In this document: positions 1-9,746 of the stretch, piece after piece
How positions within the stretch are numbered: the stretch's first letter is position 1
Layout: each line of letters begins with the position of its first letter
Assembly (NCBI GenBank): GCA_032251235.1
Contig: JAVVET010000001.1
Location: 20,918-84,917, forward strand
Length of the DNA: 64,000 nt
Source of the DNA: Wenzhouxiangellaceae bacterium
GTDB taxonomy: Bacteria; Pseudomonadota; Gammaproteobacteria; Xanthomonadales; Wenzhouxiangellaceae
Direction of reading: 5' to 3'
The notes under the pieces: model-generated
The model's database searches: none
What the model saw: only the letters and a program-made list of their open reading frames with translations
What the model was told of the DNA's origin: nothing
Program-made: the position numbers and the translations under genes

Positions 1-1038
1 GTCTTCAGGCGCTCGGATCGGGTCGCGGCCTGGATTACGGCCAGCCCGCAATTGCTGGATGATTTGCTGGCCCCGGTCGATGAGCCCGATTTGCCGATGC
101 TGCCGAACGTGCAGCGCAACGAAATCGAGGCCAGCCTGAATGCCCTGGCGCGCTATCGACAGGCCGGCTTTGTGCGCACCGCGCTGGGCCAGCTGGACGC
201 CAGCCTGGACCGGGCCGCGGCGCGCGCGCGCCTGACGCGCCTGGCCGAAGCCGTGCTCGAAGGAATGGCTGAACTCTACCTGCCGCCGGACCAGCCGCAG
301 ATCGCGATGATTGGCTACGGCAACCTCGGTGCCGCCGAACTGCATTACAGCTCGGACCTCGACCTGGTCTTTCTGCACGCCGAAGGCGATCCGCCGCTGC
401 GCGCGGTGCAGCGATTGATCAACGCCATGCAGTTGCCCATGGCCGGCGGCAAGCTTTATGCCATTGACACGCGTCTGCGTCCCAACGGCAACGCCGGGCT
501 GCTGGTTTCGACGCTGGACAGTTTTGCCGACTACCAGCGCAGGCACGCATGGGCCTGGGAGCACCAGGCGCTGATCCGGGCCCGCTGCGTCGTAGGCCCC
601 AAAGCCATGGCCCGGCGTTTCGACGCCATACGAGCCGAAGTGCTGTGCCGCGAGCGCAACCCGGCCGAAGTCGCCCAGGCGCTGGTCGACATGCGCCGGC
701 GCCAGCTGAGCCAACGCGGTGAAAGCACCGAGAAGCGGCTGTTGGGCGATATCCAGTTCATTGCCGAATTCGGGGTTCTGACGGGCGCCAACGAAGCGTC
801 GGAACTGGCCGCCGAGCGCGCAACCATCGGCCAGCTGCAACGCCTGGCCTCGGTCGGGTGGCTGGACCCGTCGAGTGCCGAGGCGCTGGTCGAGATTCAT
901 GTGCAGGCCGCCAACCTGCGCGACCGGCTGTTTCTAGAGCGCGACTGCAAAGCCCGGCTCGGCAAGTCGAGCCAGAACGCCGTGGCCGAAGCCTGGCGGC
1001 GAGTGTTTGGTGACGCCGGTGCCGCCGAAAAGTCTTGA
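1..1038 (+). CDS. glnE: Glutamine synthetase adenylyltransferase/adenylyl-removing enzyme, C-terminal part. The 5' end lies outside the window.
   Basis: The frame is open from base 1 (VFRRSDRVAAWITASPQLLDDLL...). It carries the nucleotidyltransferase motif GYGNLGAAELHYSSDLDLVFLH and DTRLRPNGNAGLLVS, typical of GlnE. Confidence 0.85.
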   Translation, partial: VFRRSDRVAAWITASPQLLDDLLAPVDEPDLPMLPNVQRNEIEASLNALARYRQAGFVRTALGQLDASLDRAAARARLTRLAEAVLEGMAELYLPPDQPQIAMIGYGNLGAAELHYSSDLDLVFLHAEGDPPLRAVQRLINAMQLPMAGGKLYAIDTRLRPNGNAGLLVSTLDSFADYQRRHAWAWEHQALIRARCVVGPKAMARRFDAIRAEVLCRERNPAEVAQALVDMRRRQLSQRGESTEKRLLGDIQFIAEFGVLTGANEASELAAERATIGQLQRLASVGWLDPSSAEALVEIHVQAANLRDRLFLERDCKARLGKSSQNAVAEAWRRVFGDAGAAEKS

Positions 1039-1292
1039 ACGGCCGGCTGGGCCGAGTCTGCGGCGAAGGAATATGTGCAGCAAACTTGGGGCATTGCCAT
1101 GGCTCGTGCCTGTCGGAGGTTCCCGATAGTCAGACTTTCCAGTTACGCGCCTGGGGCGCACTGCAGCTCCGCCGGCATCCCGCGCCAGGTTGCCGGGTGC
1201 GAAGACCTTGTTTCGCGACCCAGAGTTTCCATGAAGTGGCCCGATTGGGGCTAAAATGCTTCCTCCATCCATTAACTCCTTCTGGCTTATTT

Positions 1293-1499
1293 GTGAATGA
1301 ATCCAAGGAATCCGTTGGCCAAAAACAGCCGGCCAACGCGCAGTGCACCTACGACGTGCGGCGGGCCGATCTGCCGCTGAGCTGTCCGACCCCCGACATG
1401 ACGCTGTGGAATTCACACCCCAGGGTCTACCTGCCGATCGAGGAGACCGGCCGTGCCAAATGCCCCTATTGCGGGGCCGAATTTCGCCTGGAAGACTGA
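1293..1499 (+). CDS. Small zinc-finger domain protein of about 68 aa (C-terminal CPYCG motif).
   Basis: The C-terminus ...LPLSCPTPDMTLWNSHPRVYLPIEETGRAKCPYCGAEFRLED matches the conserved small proteobacterial zinc-finger domain family. The GTG at 1293 is in frame. An ATG at 1398 is an alternative start. Confidence 0.6.
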   Translation: MNESKESVGQKQPANAQCTYDVRRADLPLSCPTPDMTLWNSHPRVYLPIEETGRAKCPYCGAEFRLED

Positions 1500-1507
1500 A
1501 AGCCTTG

Positions 1508-3610
1508 ATGCGCGAAGCGCATTCCAGCGATGAGTTTCGCGTCGGTCCGGCGCCGGCATCCAGGGCATTCAGCCGCGTGCCGGCGTCGAACTGGCTGGCG
1601 CGCGTCAGCAGCCTGGTGCTGTTTACCGGCCTGGCGCTTGGGCTGGTGTTGCCCAAGGTAGCCGGTGCGGTATTTTTGTTGCTGGCCTTGCTGGCCATCA
1701 TCTGGCTGGAGCCGTGGCTGTTGCGCAATCGCTGGAACCTGGCGCGCCACGAAAAGCTCTTGATTCTGGCCGTGTTTGCCTTTGTGGCCACATGGATGCT
1801 GGCCTGGATGGTTCACGGTCTGGACTCGACCGGCCATGATGACGTGGGACGTATCCTCAGGCTGTTGCTGATTATCCCGGTCTACCTGTTTTTACGCCGT
1901 GTCGAACAAATCGAGTGGAGCTGGTGGTGGGGTTTGGCCGCCGGTGGCGCAATTGCCGGCGGCTATGCGATCGGTTTTGCGGTGGTCGGCGAGGCCGGCC
2001 AGTGGGCCGAACGAGTCGGTGGACCCACCAACCCGATTTACTTCGGTGGTATCGTGCTGGCGTTTGCGCTGATGCTGCTGCCGCGCATTGCCGATGCTGA
2101 ATTACACCGGTCGGCACGATTGGCCATTGCCGCCTCAGTGCTGCTGGCGCTTGGCGCCAGCGCGCTTTCGGGTTCTCGCGGCGCCTGGCTGGCGCTGCCG
2201 CTGCTGCTGCTTTTGTATCAGTTCACATTGGGCACCCGGCAAACACCTGCATGGCGAATTGGCTTGCCACTGGCAATATTGACTTTCGTGGTCGCCATTT
2301 CACTATTGCCCGGTGTGCCGCTGGGCCAGCGCATTGGCGATGGATTGAGCTCGATGACGCGCAGCGAACAGGCCGCCAGGCCCGACGATACATTGGCTAT
2401 CCGCTGGCAAATGTGGCGCATTTCTGGTCAGCAGATCCGCCAGGACTGGCTTTTCGGCGGCGGACCCGGCAACTTCCGCGCGGCCCTGGAACAGGCTGTT
2501 GCCGACGGTCGACTGGCGCCGCGCTTTCTCGAATATCACCATCCGCATAACCAGTATCTTTCAGTCTTGCTGATCGCCGGCCTCCCCGGCCTGTTCAGCT
2601 TGTTGCTGTTGTTCGGGGTCGTGTTGAGGCGTTTTACATCGCTTTGGCAAACCGGCCTGGAGCGCACCCGCATGCTTGGCTGGAGCGGGTTGGCGGCCAT
2701 TACCGTGCTATCGGTGATGAGCGTCAGCGAGTCGATTTTTCAGCGCAACAGCGGGATCGTCTGGTTCGGTCTTTTGATCGCCGGCGCCAGCGCCATGGTG
2801 ACCAGCCGGCGCCGGCGCGAACTGTTCGCCCAGGCGCCTCGTCGACAGCACTCGATCAGCGTGATCATGATCTGTCGCGACGAGGCCGAACGCATCGCCA
2901 GGGCACTCGATTCGGTCGCCGGCTGGGCCGACGAAATCATCGTTCTCGATTCCGGCAGTACTGACGCCACGGTGGAAATCTGTCGCCGCTTCACCGGGCA
3001 CGTGGACATCACCGACTGGCCCGGCTTCGGAGCACAGAAGCAGCGCGCGATGGACCGCGCCACCGGCGACTGGATCTTGAGCCTTGATGCCGATGAGGTC
3101 GTGAGCGAGGAATTGCGCCGCGAGATCGATCAGGTGCTGGGGCGTGCCCAGCCGCATTTCGATGGCTATCGGCTGCCCTGGACCACCCGTGCGTTTGGCT
3201 CGAAGCTGCAGTTTGGCCATTGGGCGCGTGCACCCCTGCGCCTGGTGCGGCGCGGCGCGGCGGCGTTTACCGATGCACCGGTGCATGAAAAGCTGGTGAT
3301 GCGCGGGCCGAATACAAAAACCGGCAAACTCGAAGGCGTGCTGTACCACGATACCTTCCGCAATATCGAGCACGCGCGCAAGAAGCTGTCGACCTACGCG
3401 GATTTGCAGGCCGCCGAACGCGCAGCCACAGGACGGCGTGCCTCGATGCCGGGTGCGGTGATTCGCGCGCTGTTGAACTTTGCCGATAATTTCCTGCTGC
3501 GCGGGGCTTTCCTGGACGGTCGGGCCGGCTGGATCATGAGCCGGCTGTACGCCGGATATACCTATCGCAAGTACCGGCAACTGGCCAGGCTGTCCAGCGC
3601 TGGCGTCTGA
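1508..3610 (+). CDS. Fusion protein: an O-antigen ligase (WaaL/Wzy_C-type, polytopic membrane) N-terminal domain joined to a family-2 glycosyltransferase C-terminal domain.
   Basis: The N-terminal half has multiple hydrophobic segments, GSRGAWLALPLLLLL and EYHHPHNQYLSVLLIAGLPG (WaaL-like H..HN.YL motif). The C-terminal half has SVIMICRDEAERIARALDSVAGWADEIIVLDSGSTDAT...SLDADE (GT2 DxD). The ATG at 1508 was chosen because the upstream part of the ORF overlaps the zinc-finger gene. Confidence 0.7.
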   Translation: MREAHSSDEFRVGPAPASRAFSRVPASNWLARVSSLVLFTGLALGLVLPKVAGAVFLLLALLAIIWLEPWLLRNRWNLARHEKLLILAVFAFVATWMLAWMVHGLDSTGHDDVGRILRLLLIIPVYLFLRRVEQIEWSWWWGLAAGGAIAGGYAIGFAVVGEAGQWAERVGGPTNPIYFGGIVLAFALMLLPRIADAELHRSARLAIAASVLLALGASALSGSRGAWLALPLLLLLYQFTLGTRQTPAWRIGLPLAILTFVVAISLLPGVPLGQRIGDGLSSMTRSEQAARPDDTLAIRWQMWRISGQQIRQDWLFGGGPGNFRAALEQAVADGRLAPRFLEYHHPHNQYLSVLLIAGLPGLFSLLLLFGVVLRRFTSLWQTGLERTRMLGWSGLAAITVLSVMSVSESIFQRNSGIVWFGLLIAGASAMVTSRRRRELFAQAPRRQHSISVIMICRDEAERIARALDSVAGWADEIIVLDSGSTDATVEICRRFTGHVDITDWPGFGAQKQRAMDRATGDWILSLDADEVVSEELRREIDQVLGRAQPHFDGYRLPWTTRAFGSKLQFGHWARAPLRLVRRGAAAFTDAPVHEKLVMRGPNTKTGKLEGVLYHDTFRNIEHARKKLSTYADLQAAERAATGRRASMPGAVIRALLNFADNFLLRGAFLDGRAGWIMSRLYAGYTYRKYRQLARLSSAGV

Positions 3611-3764
3611 GCCCGCCTTATTTGTCCACTTTCGACTGGGGCGCCTTCAGGCCGCGTCTGCCTCGGTCGCGCATCCTCACCGGGCAGTCTCGTCCCTCCG
3701 TGCCCGGCAACTTTATCCTCTCAAATTCCATGCCTGAGAACATACAAGGCGCGCGGAGGCAGGT

Positions 3765-4676
3765 TCAGGGCCGCCGCCGGTGCTGTAGCGCATAGCGGTC
3801 GGCATGCCCGGCCGGGCGTGTCTTGAAGCGTCGGTGCAGCCACCAGTATTGCGCCGGAGAGCGCCGGATATTGCGTTCGAGAAATTCGTTGTAGCGCGTC
3901 AGGTCGGCCACCGGCTGGTCGGATGGAAAGTTCTCGAAAGCCGGCTCCACGACCACGGTAATCGTACCGCTGGTTTCATCCTTGTGCGGATACATCGGCA
4001 CTACCCGGGCGCGCCCCAGCCGCGCCAGCTCGAGCATGCCCTTTGCGGTGGCCGCGGGAACGCCGAAAAATGGCGCGAACAGGCTTCGCCGGACGCCGAA
4101 ATCCTGGTCCGGGGCATACCACAGCACGCCACCGGCGCGCAAAAAGCGAACCATCTCGCGCAAATGATCGCGCGCAATCATCCGCCGGGCATAGCGCGCG
4201 CGCCCGCGATTCTGAAAGTCTTCGAGCACCGGGTTTCTCAGCGGCCGGTAGATGGCGCATGAATCCACCTGCTCGCCAAAGACCCGTGCGCCAAGCTCCA
4301 GGCAGGTGCTGTGCCCGGTCAACAGCAGCACGCCCTGGCCGCCGGCGCGCGCCGCAGCCAGATGTTCCAGCCCTTCGACCCGACCCACCGCAGGCCCCAG
4401 CGGCGCATCGAGGCTCCAGGCGCAGGAGATCTCGCCAAGCGACTCGGCCAGGTTTTTGAAGTGATCGTGCGCGAGCCGTTTGCGCGCCGCCAGGTCCAGC
4501 TCGGGCAGGCACAGTTCCAGGTTGCGCGCGACGATCGCAGCGCGTCGACGCATCAAATACTGCATCGGCCGGCCAAGCCAGCCGGTGGCGCGGCGGGCCC
4601 GGTCCACTGGCAGGCGTCCGATCCAGCGCAACGGCACCAGCGCCGCCCGGCTGCCGATCGTAGTCAGCTTGCCCAT
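3765..4676 (-). CDS. lpxL: Lipid A biosynthesis lauroyl/late acyltransferase (LpxL/HtrB family).
   Basis: Family-typical sequences are present (IVARNLELCLPELD, LLTGHSTCLELGARV, WYAPDQD). It lies divergent from waaA. An alternative start exists at 4742. Confidence 0.75.
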   Translation of the reverse strand: MGKLTTIGSRAALVPLRWIGRLPVDRARRATGWLGRPMQYLMRRRAAIVARNLELCLPELDLAARKRLAHDHFKNLAESLGEISCAWSLDAPLGPAVGRVEGLEHLAAARAGGQGVLLLTGHSTCLELGARVFGEQVDSCAIYRPLRNPVLEDFQNRGRARYARRMIARDHLREMVRFLRAGGVLWYAPDQDFGVRRSLFAPFFGVPAATAKGMLELARLGRARVVPMYPHKDETSGTITVVVEPAFENFPSDQPVADLTRYNEFLERNIRRSPAQYWWLHRRFKTRPAGHADRYALQHRRRP

Positions 4677-4731
4677 GGACTCATCCTGCGCATGGGTATA
4701 TTGAGGGCTGTCGGCAGATCGGGGTTCGGAT

Positions 4732-6030
4732 ATGCTTGGCACGATGCGTTCAAGATGGTTCCCAGTTTATCGTTTGATCGCCGGCGGCCTGGCGCCGCTG
4801 GCATATCGCCGCTTGTCGGGCAAAGACCCGCAGTGGCGGCACCGGCAGCCCGAGCGCCGCGGCCAGGTGGCCGAAAGCGGCGGCGAATTGTGGCTGCATG
4901 CGGCCTCGGTGGGCGAGCTCAATGCCGCCGAGGGTCTGCTGCGGCATTGGCTGGCGAACGATCCGGAATGCCGCATCGTAGTGTCGACGCTGACCGCGAC
5001 CGCAGCCGGCGAAGTTGCCAATCGCTTCGCGGGCCAGCCGCGCCTGCGCCACCTGTTCGCGCCGCTCGATGCCGCAGGCTGCGTCGGCCGCTGGCTGGAT
5101 CATACCCGGCCGCGCGCGCTGGTACTGGTGGAAACCGAAATCTGGCCGGTGCTGCTCGACCAGTGTCGCCGGCGCGGCATTCCCGTGGCCATCGTCAATG
5201 GCCGGATTTCAGCTTCGGCGTTCAGGCGCTACCAGTATTTCGCGGGGCTGTTCAGCCACGCGCTGGCCGGTATTGCGCCGATTCTCTGCCAGTCCCAGGC
5301 GGACCGGCAACGCTTCAGAGCGCTGGGCGTGCCGCCGGCAGCGCTGGCCGTCACCGGCAACCTGAAATTCGATCGGCAAGCGTCGGATACCCAGCTGCCG
5401 GCACGCTGGCAGACCTGGAAAAATCGTCCGGCCTGGGTTGCCGGAAGCACCCACGAAGGCGAGGAAGCCATGCTGGCTCGGGCCCACCGTCGGTTGCTGG
5501 AGCGATTCCCCGAGGCGTTGCTGGTGATCGTGCCGCGCCATCCAGAACGTGCCCACCGGGCACTGGAAAGCCTGCAGCGCGCTGGCCTTTTGGCCGCCAT
5601 TGTGGGTGACGGCGCTGATCACGGCATCGAGAAGCTCCAGGCCGTGGTGGTCGGCCGGATGGGTGTCCTGGCCGGGCTCTATTCCGTCGCCGCGGCCTGC
5701 TTTGTCGGCGGCAGCCTGATCGAGGGCATTGGTGGGCACAATCTGATGGAGCCGGCGCTGGCCGGCAAACCGGTGCTGACCGGTCCGTTTACCGGCGATC
5801 AGCAACAGGCGGCCGACGGTCTCACCGATGCCGGGGCGCTGACCCGGGTCGATTCTGACGAGGCCGTGGGCCAGGCATTGACGAGGCTGCTGGACGATCG
5901 CGAGCTGGCGCGGCGCCAGGGCGCTCGTGCCCGGGATTTTGCACAGCGCCAGCGCGGCGCGCTGGCGCTGACGCTCGAGCGGCTCGAGCCGCTGTTCAGC
6001 CGCGCTCGGGCCCGGTCAGCAGGCGGTTGA
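4732..6030 (+). CDS. waaA: 3-deoxy-D-manno-octulosonic acid (Kdo) transferase.
   Basis: LWLHAASVGELNAAEGLL, GSTHEGEE, IVPRHPER and FVGGSL..GGHNLMEPA are classic KdtA/WaaA motifs. Confidence 0.88.
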   Translation: MLGTMRSRWFPVYRLIAGGLAPLAYRRLSGKDPQWRHRQPERRGQVAESGGELWLHAASVGELNAAEGLLRHWLANDPECRIVVSTLTATAAGEVANRFAGQPRLRHLFAPLDAAGCVGRWLDHTRPRALVLVETEIWPVLLDQCRRRGIPVAIVNGRISASAFRRYQYFAGLFSHALAGIAPILCQSQADRQRFRALGVPPAALAVTGNLKFDRQASDTQLPARWQTWKNRPAWVAGSTHEGEEAMLARAHRRLLERFPEALLVIVPRHPERAHRALESLQRAGLLAAIVGDGADHGIEKLQAVVVGRMGVLAGLYSVAAACFVGGSLIEGIGGHNLMEPALAGKPVLTGPFTGDQQQAADGLTDAGALTRVDSDEAVGQALTRLLDDRELARRQGARARDFAQRQRGALALTLERLEPLFSRARARSAGG

Positions 6031-7351
6031 CGTTTTCCAGGTCGGCCGGCGCGATGATGCCGGCGGCACGCCGCAGCGCCAGCCGGTCGAGGACCAGCTG
6101 GTGGCGAGCTTCGGAAAAGTCGCGCTGGGCCTGGAAAAAGCGCTGCTCGGCCAGCAGCACGTCGACGATTGTTCGGGTGCCGACCTCGAAACCCGCGTTG
6201 GTCGCTTCCAGCGCACTGTCGGCTGAAATCACGGCCTGCTGGAAGGCTTCGACCTGGCGAATGCCGGCGATCACTGCCCGGAAGGCGTTCTCGGTCTGGC
6301 GCACGACCTGGCGCTGGTTCAGGTCAAGTTCCTCGCTGGCCACGCTGCGGTTGATACGCGCCCGCCGGGTTTGCGACTGCACCGCAAAGCCCGAGAAGAT
6401 CGGCACGTTGAGGCGAACGGTTGCCGACCATTGATCGTTCTGGAACGTGGTGGTGCCGATTTGGGTCTGGTTATCGGCGCGCAACGCAAACTCGTTGTTC
6501 AGGCTGCGGTTGTAATTGGCCGTGAGATCGAGTGTCGGATAATGCCCGGCGCGCGAGATTCGCATATCGGTATCGGCAATTGACACGGCATCGCGCGCAA
6601 CGGTCAGGTCTGGATTGGCTTGCAGCGCCGTGGCCACCCATTCGCTTGACAGGGCGGGTTCGGGCGACTTCAAGGGCAGCTCGCTGGTCAGCGGCTTGAA
6701 CGATTCAAACATCGTGCCGGTGAGTTCGCGCAGACCTTCGCGCGCATTTTCCAGCGCGTTGTCGGCGACGATGACCCGGGCCCTGGCGCCGTCCCACGTG
6801 GCCTGGGCTTCGAGCAGGTCGGTCACGGCCGACAGGCCAACCTCGAAGCGCTGTTCGGCTTGTTCGTACTGGCGCCGCAGCGCTTTTTCTTCGGCTTCGG
6901 CAAAGCGAAGACTGTCGATCGAATTGAGCATGTCGAAATAGCGCTGTGCCGTGCGCTGCAAAAAATCCTGCCATGCGATGTTGAACTGCGAATCGGCCTG
7001 CGCCACGATCAGACGCGCACGTTCCATCTCGACGAAGTTGCTGTGGTCGTACAGGCTTTGGGTCAGGTTCAGGCTGTAATTTTCCGAGTCGATGTCGTTT
7101 TCGTCGAGATCAACGCCATTGATCTTGGGCTGGCTGCTGCCGGTCGGCGTGCGCTGCAGCGTTGCGTTCAGTTGCGGCAGGAAATTGGCCCGCGCCAGCC
7201 GGGTTTCGATTTCGCTGGCATCCAGCCGGCGCTCGGCCGCCCGGATCTGCGGGTCGTTGCTCGATGCCAGTTCGTATACGGCTATGAGGTCAACGGCAGC
7301 GGCGGTCGAGCTGAATGCCGCGATCGCGAAGCCGATCAGGTACTTTTGCAT
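5996..7351 (-). CDS. tolC: TolC-family outer membrane efflux protein.
   Basis: It has a signal peptide (MQKYLIGFAIAAFSSTAAA), an internally duplicated OEP repeat architecture and a length of 451 aa. Confidence 0.85.
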   Translation of the reverse strand: MQKYLIGFAIAAFSSTAAAVDLIAVYELASSNDPQIRAAERRLDASEIETRLARANFLPQLNATLQRTPTGSSQPKINGVDLDENDIDSENYSLNLTQSLYDHSNFVEMERARLIVAQADSQFNIAWQDFLQRTAQRYFDMLNSIDSLRFAEAEEKALRRQYEQAEQRFEVGLSAVTDLLEAQATWDGARARVIVADNALENAREGLRELTGTMFESFKPLTSELPLKSPEPALSSEWVATALQANPDLTVARDAVSIADTDMRISRAGHYPTLDLTANYNRSLNNEFALRADNQTQIGTTTFQNDQWSATVRLNVPIFSGFAVQSQTRRARINRSVASEELDLNQRQVVRQTENAFRAVIAGIRQVEAFQQAVISADSALEATNAGFEVGTRTIVDVLLAEQRFFQAQRDFSEARHQLVLDRLALRRAAGIIAPADLENVNRLLTGPERG

Positions 7352-7434
7352 AAGTGCTTCCAGAATGTGTTTTTAATCGATCAATTGAGTGCGAAAGGAA
7401 ATGCTTCGGCGCGAAATGTGATCGCCGCCCGGTT

Positions 7435-8082
7435 TTAAAATTTGAAGCTCGGCGCGTCTTCGGCGCCGATCAGGCGCGGCAAATCGGTGTCGAACAGGCT
7501 TTCCTCGGAAAGATGCGCGGACTCGGTGCGTGTCACCAGCACGGCCTCCATTGCCGGGGACTGGCCGCGAACGATGAACAGGCGTCCGCCCGGCTTGAGC
7601 CATGCGGTCAGGTTTTGCGGCACGCTGGCCACCGATGACGTGGCGACAATTGCGTCGAAGCTGGCTGGCTGGAAATCGGCCTGCAGTACATCGCCGAAAC
7701 GAAGTTCGATGGCTTCGGTCTTGCCGATATTGGCGCGTGCCTGCTCGGCCAGCGCCTCGATGATCTCGATGCTCACGACGGACCCGGCCAGCCGAGCCAG
7801 GCAGGCGGTCAGAAAGCCGGTTCCGGTGCCGATTTCCAGCACCCGGTCATCGGGCTTTAGCAGCAAAGCCTGCAGCACGCGGCCCTGCTCGATCGGTTTC
7901 ATCATCACCTGGCCGTGGCCCAGCGGGATGCGGAGGTCGTAAAAAGCCAATTTTCGATGGGCCTGGGGCACGAACTCCTCGCGCGGGATTTCGCGCATCA
8001 CCTCCAGCACCGCGCCGTCGAGAACTTCCCAGGAACGGACCTGTTGTTCTATCATGGATGTTCTTGCCTGGTCCAGACTCAT
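7435..8082 (-). CDS. Protein-L-isoaspartate O-methyltransferase family protein.
   Basis: It carries the SAM-binding motif VLEIGTGTGFLTACLARLAG. The position next to tolC matches the arrangement in Xanthomonadales-type genomes. The ATG at 8082 is preferred over the low-GC upstream extension to 8313. Confidence 0.7.
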   Translation of the reverse strand: MSLDQARTSMIEQQVRSWEVLDGAVLEVMREIPREEFVPQAHRKLAFYDLRIPLGHGQVMMKPIEQGRVLQALLLKPDDRVLEIGTGTGFLTACLARLAGSVVSIEIIEALAEQARANIGKTEAIELRFGDVLQADFQPASFDAIVATSSVASVPQNLTAWLKPGGRLFIVRGQSPAMEAVLVTRTESAHLSEESLFDTDLPRLIGAEDAPSFKF

Positions 8083-8367
8083 CACGGTACTCCTGATCGC
8101 AAATCGAGAAAGCCGTATTGTACCGTTGCCCATGTGACTGTGAAGGTGCCGGAGGTCATGCAGGGCGTTGATTCGACGGCATTGCAGCCGGATTCTGATA
8201 TCCTCGATCGGATTTACCGGAAAGCCGCAAGCCGGGCAGTGACTGACCCATGCGGCGAAATAGCGTACCGATGCCTTTGGGTCGATGTCCTGTTTCGGAC
8301 CTTTATTCAGCAAATGTTAGTGTTTGGCGAAAAAACATGAAGAGTTTTGTGCAATGGAAAATCCTGG

Positions 8368-8901
8368 ATGCCGGTCATGAATGACACGGAACGGAAACGA
8401 CGTTTTGATGCCCTGGCGCGGCAATACGGCGATGATTTGTTCCGGTTTGGTGTCTGGTTGTGCGGCGACCGTACATTGGCCAAAGATCTGGTCCAGGAAA
8501 CGTTCATGCGTGCCTGGAAGGCAATCGACAATCTCAAGGATGTCGGCGCCGCCAAGAGTTGGCTGATTACGATTCTCAGGCGTGAATACGCCCGCACCTT
8601 TGAACGCAAGGTGCCGCCAATCACCGACATTGATAACGTGGTGGTCACCGAGGAATCGGAGCTGACGCCCGAAGACCGGACCGAACGCGACCTGTTGCGT
8701 TCGGCGATGTTGCAACTGGAGAAAAAATACAGCGAACCGTTGGTACTGCAGGCCGTGATGGGGTTATCGATCGCCGAGATCGCCGTCCAGCTTGAATTGA
8801 GCGAGAGTGCCGTGATGACCCGGGTGTTCCGGGCACGCGAGAAACTCAAGCAAAAGTTGCAGCCGACCGATCGCACGGGAAACGTACATGAACTTACTTG
8901 A
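8368..8901 (+). CDS. ECF-type RNA polymerase sigma-70 factor.
   Basis: Region 2 (DLVQETFMRAWKAIDNL) and region 4 (LSIAEIAVQLELSESAVMTRVFRAREKL) are both present. The start is uncertain (8347 TTG, 8368 ATG or 8377 ATG). Confidence 0.8.
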   Translation: MPVMNDTERKRRFDALARQYGDDLFRFGVWLCGDRTLAKDLVQETFMRAWKAIDNLKDVGAAKSWLITILRREYARTFERKVPPITDIDNVVVTEESELTPEDRTERDLLRSAMLQLEKKYSEPLVLQAVMGLSIAEIAVQLELSESAVMTRVFRAREKLKQKLQPTDRTGNVHELT

Positions 8902-9637
8902 ATTCAAAAGACGTCTGATGACCGAGCCTGGCAGCCAGGACACGCAGATGCGCGAACTGCGCAGGTCCGGCGGCGAAGCCGCGGCGGCGGCGGCGGAATC
9001 CGACCATTTCGAAGCGGCGTTGAAGCGCGCGCTTCACGTGCCGGTGCCGCATGGCCTGGCCGAGCAGATCATTTTGCGCCAGTCGCTGGACAACGAGCGC
9101 CCTTCGGGCGTCTTCGGCGGTCGCTGGCCACAGCTGACGGCAATGGCTGCAGCGCTTGCGCTGGCCGTGGCGCTGACGACGTTCAACCTGGTCGAGCGCC
9201 AGCCGGCATCCGTGGATGTCGGTCAGCACATCGCCTGGCATTGGCAGCACGATGGTCCGGAAGCTCTGGCAACCGCTTCGGGCTCGACCGCGCCCAACCC
9301 GACCCAGGTTCAGCGAGTCTTCGCCGAATTCGGTCTGCAGATCGAGCCCGAATTGCTGGAAAAGGTCCGCATGACCAAGGTCTGCCCGACCCCGGATGGT
9401 GCCGGTGCGCATGTGGTGCTGAGCACCGATGAAGGGCCGGTGACTGTCTATTACATGCCGCGAACGCGACTGCCGTCGTCGCCGCAGACGATTACGCTGC
9501 CCGACGGTGCAGAGTCTTTCATGGTCAACCTCGAGCGCGGCAGCATGGCGCTGATCTCGGAGTCCGGCGCCAACACGCCGGAGCTGGCCCGCGAAATTGC
9601 GAAGCAGCTTTCGTTCGCGCCAGGCGTCACCATCTGA
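8888..9637 (+). CDS. DUF3379-type putative anti-sigma factor (single-pass membrane protein).
   Basis: It overlaps the sigma gene stop by 14 nt. The N-terminus MNLLEFKRRLMTEPGS is followed by a central TM segment (LTAMAAALALAVALTTF). The layout is typical of DUF3379 partners of ECF sigmas. Confidence 0.65.
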   Translation: MNLLEFKRRLMTEPGSQDTQMRELRRSGGEAAAAAAESDHFEAALKRALHVPVPHGLAEQIILRQSLDNERPSGVFGGRWPQLTAMAAALALAVALTTFNLVERQPASVDVGQHIAWHWQHDGPEALATASGSTAPNPTQVQRVFAEFGLQIEPELLEKVRMTKVCPTPDGAGAHVVLSTDEGPVTVYYMPRTRLPSSPQTITLPDGAESFMVNLERGSMALISESGANTPELAREIAKQLSFAPGVTI

Positions 9638-9692
9638 CGGTATCGGCTTGCCGTGGTGAGCCGCTCGCCGATCAGTTGCGATCGAATTCCAT

Positions 9693-9746
9693 CAATCGCC
9701 GGCCGATTGCCGGCCGATTGGCAATCAATTGCCAGGCAATTGCCAG
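9693..9746. promoter_or_regulatory. Dense array of CAATCG/CGATTG and GGCAAT/ATTGCC half-sites. It includes an 11-bp perfect tandem duplication and a 15-bp palindrome AATTGCC-A-GGCAATT.
   Basis: Read directly: ccggccgattg occurs twice (9699-9709 and 9710-9720). AATTGCCAGGCAATT is at 9727-9741 and GGCAATTGCC at 9735-9744. The array lies in the 255-bp gap upstream of the amidohydrolase operon. Confidence 0.45.

Noticed and set aside
8083-8313. An in-frame N-terminal extension of 77 codons on the pcm-like gene, containing HCPACG (a possible zinc-ribbon).
   Set aside because: The region has markedly lower GC and non-coding-like codon usage. The methyltransferase family normally starts near the MSLDQ... 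position. A single CxxC is not a zinc-ribbon.
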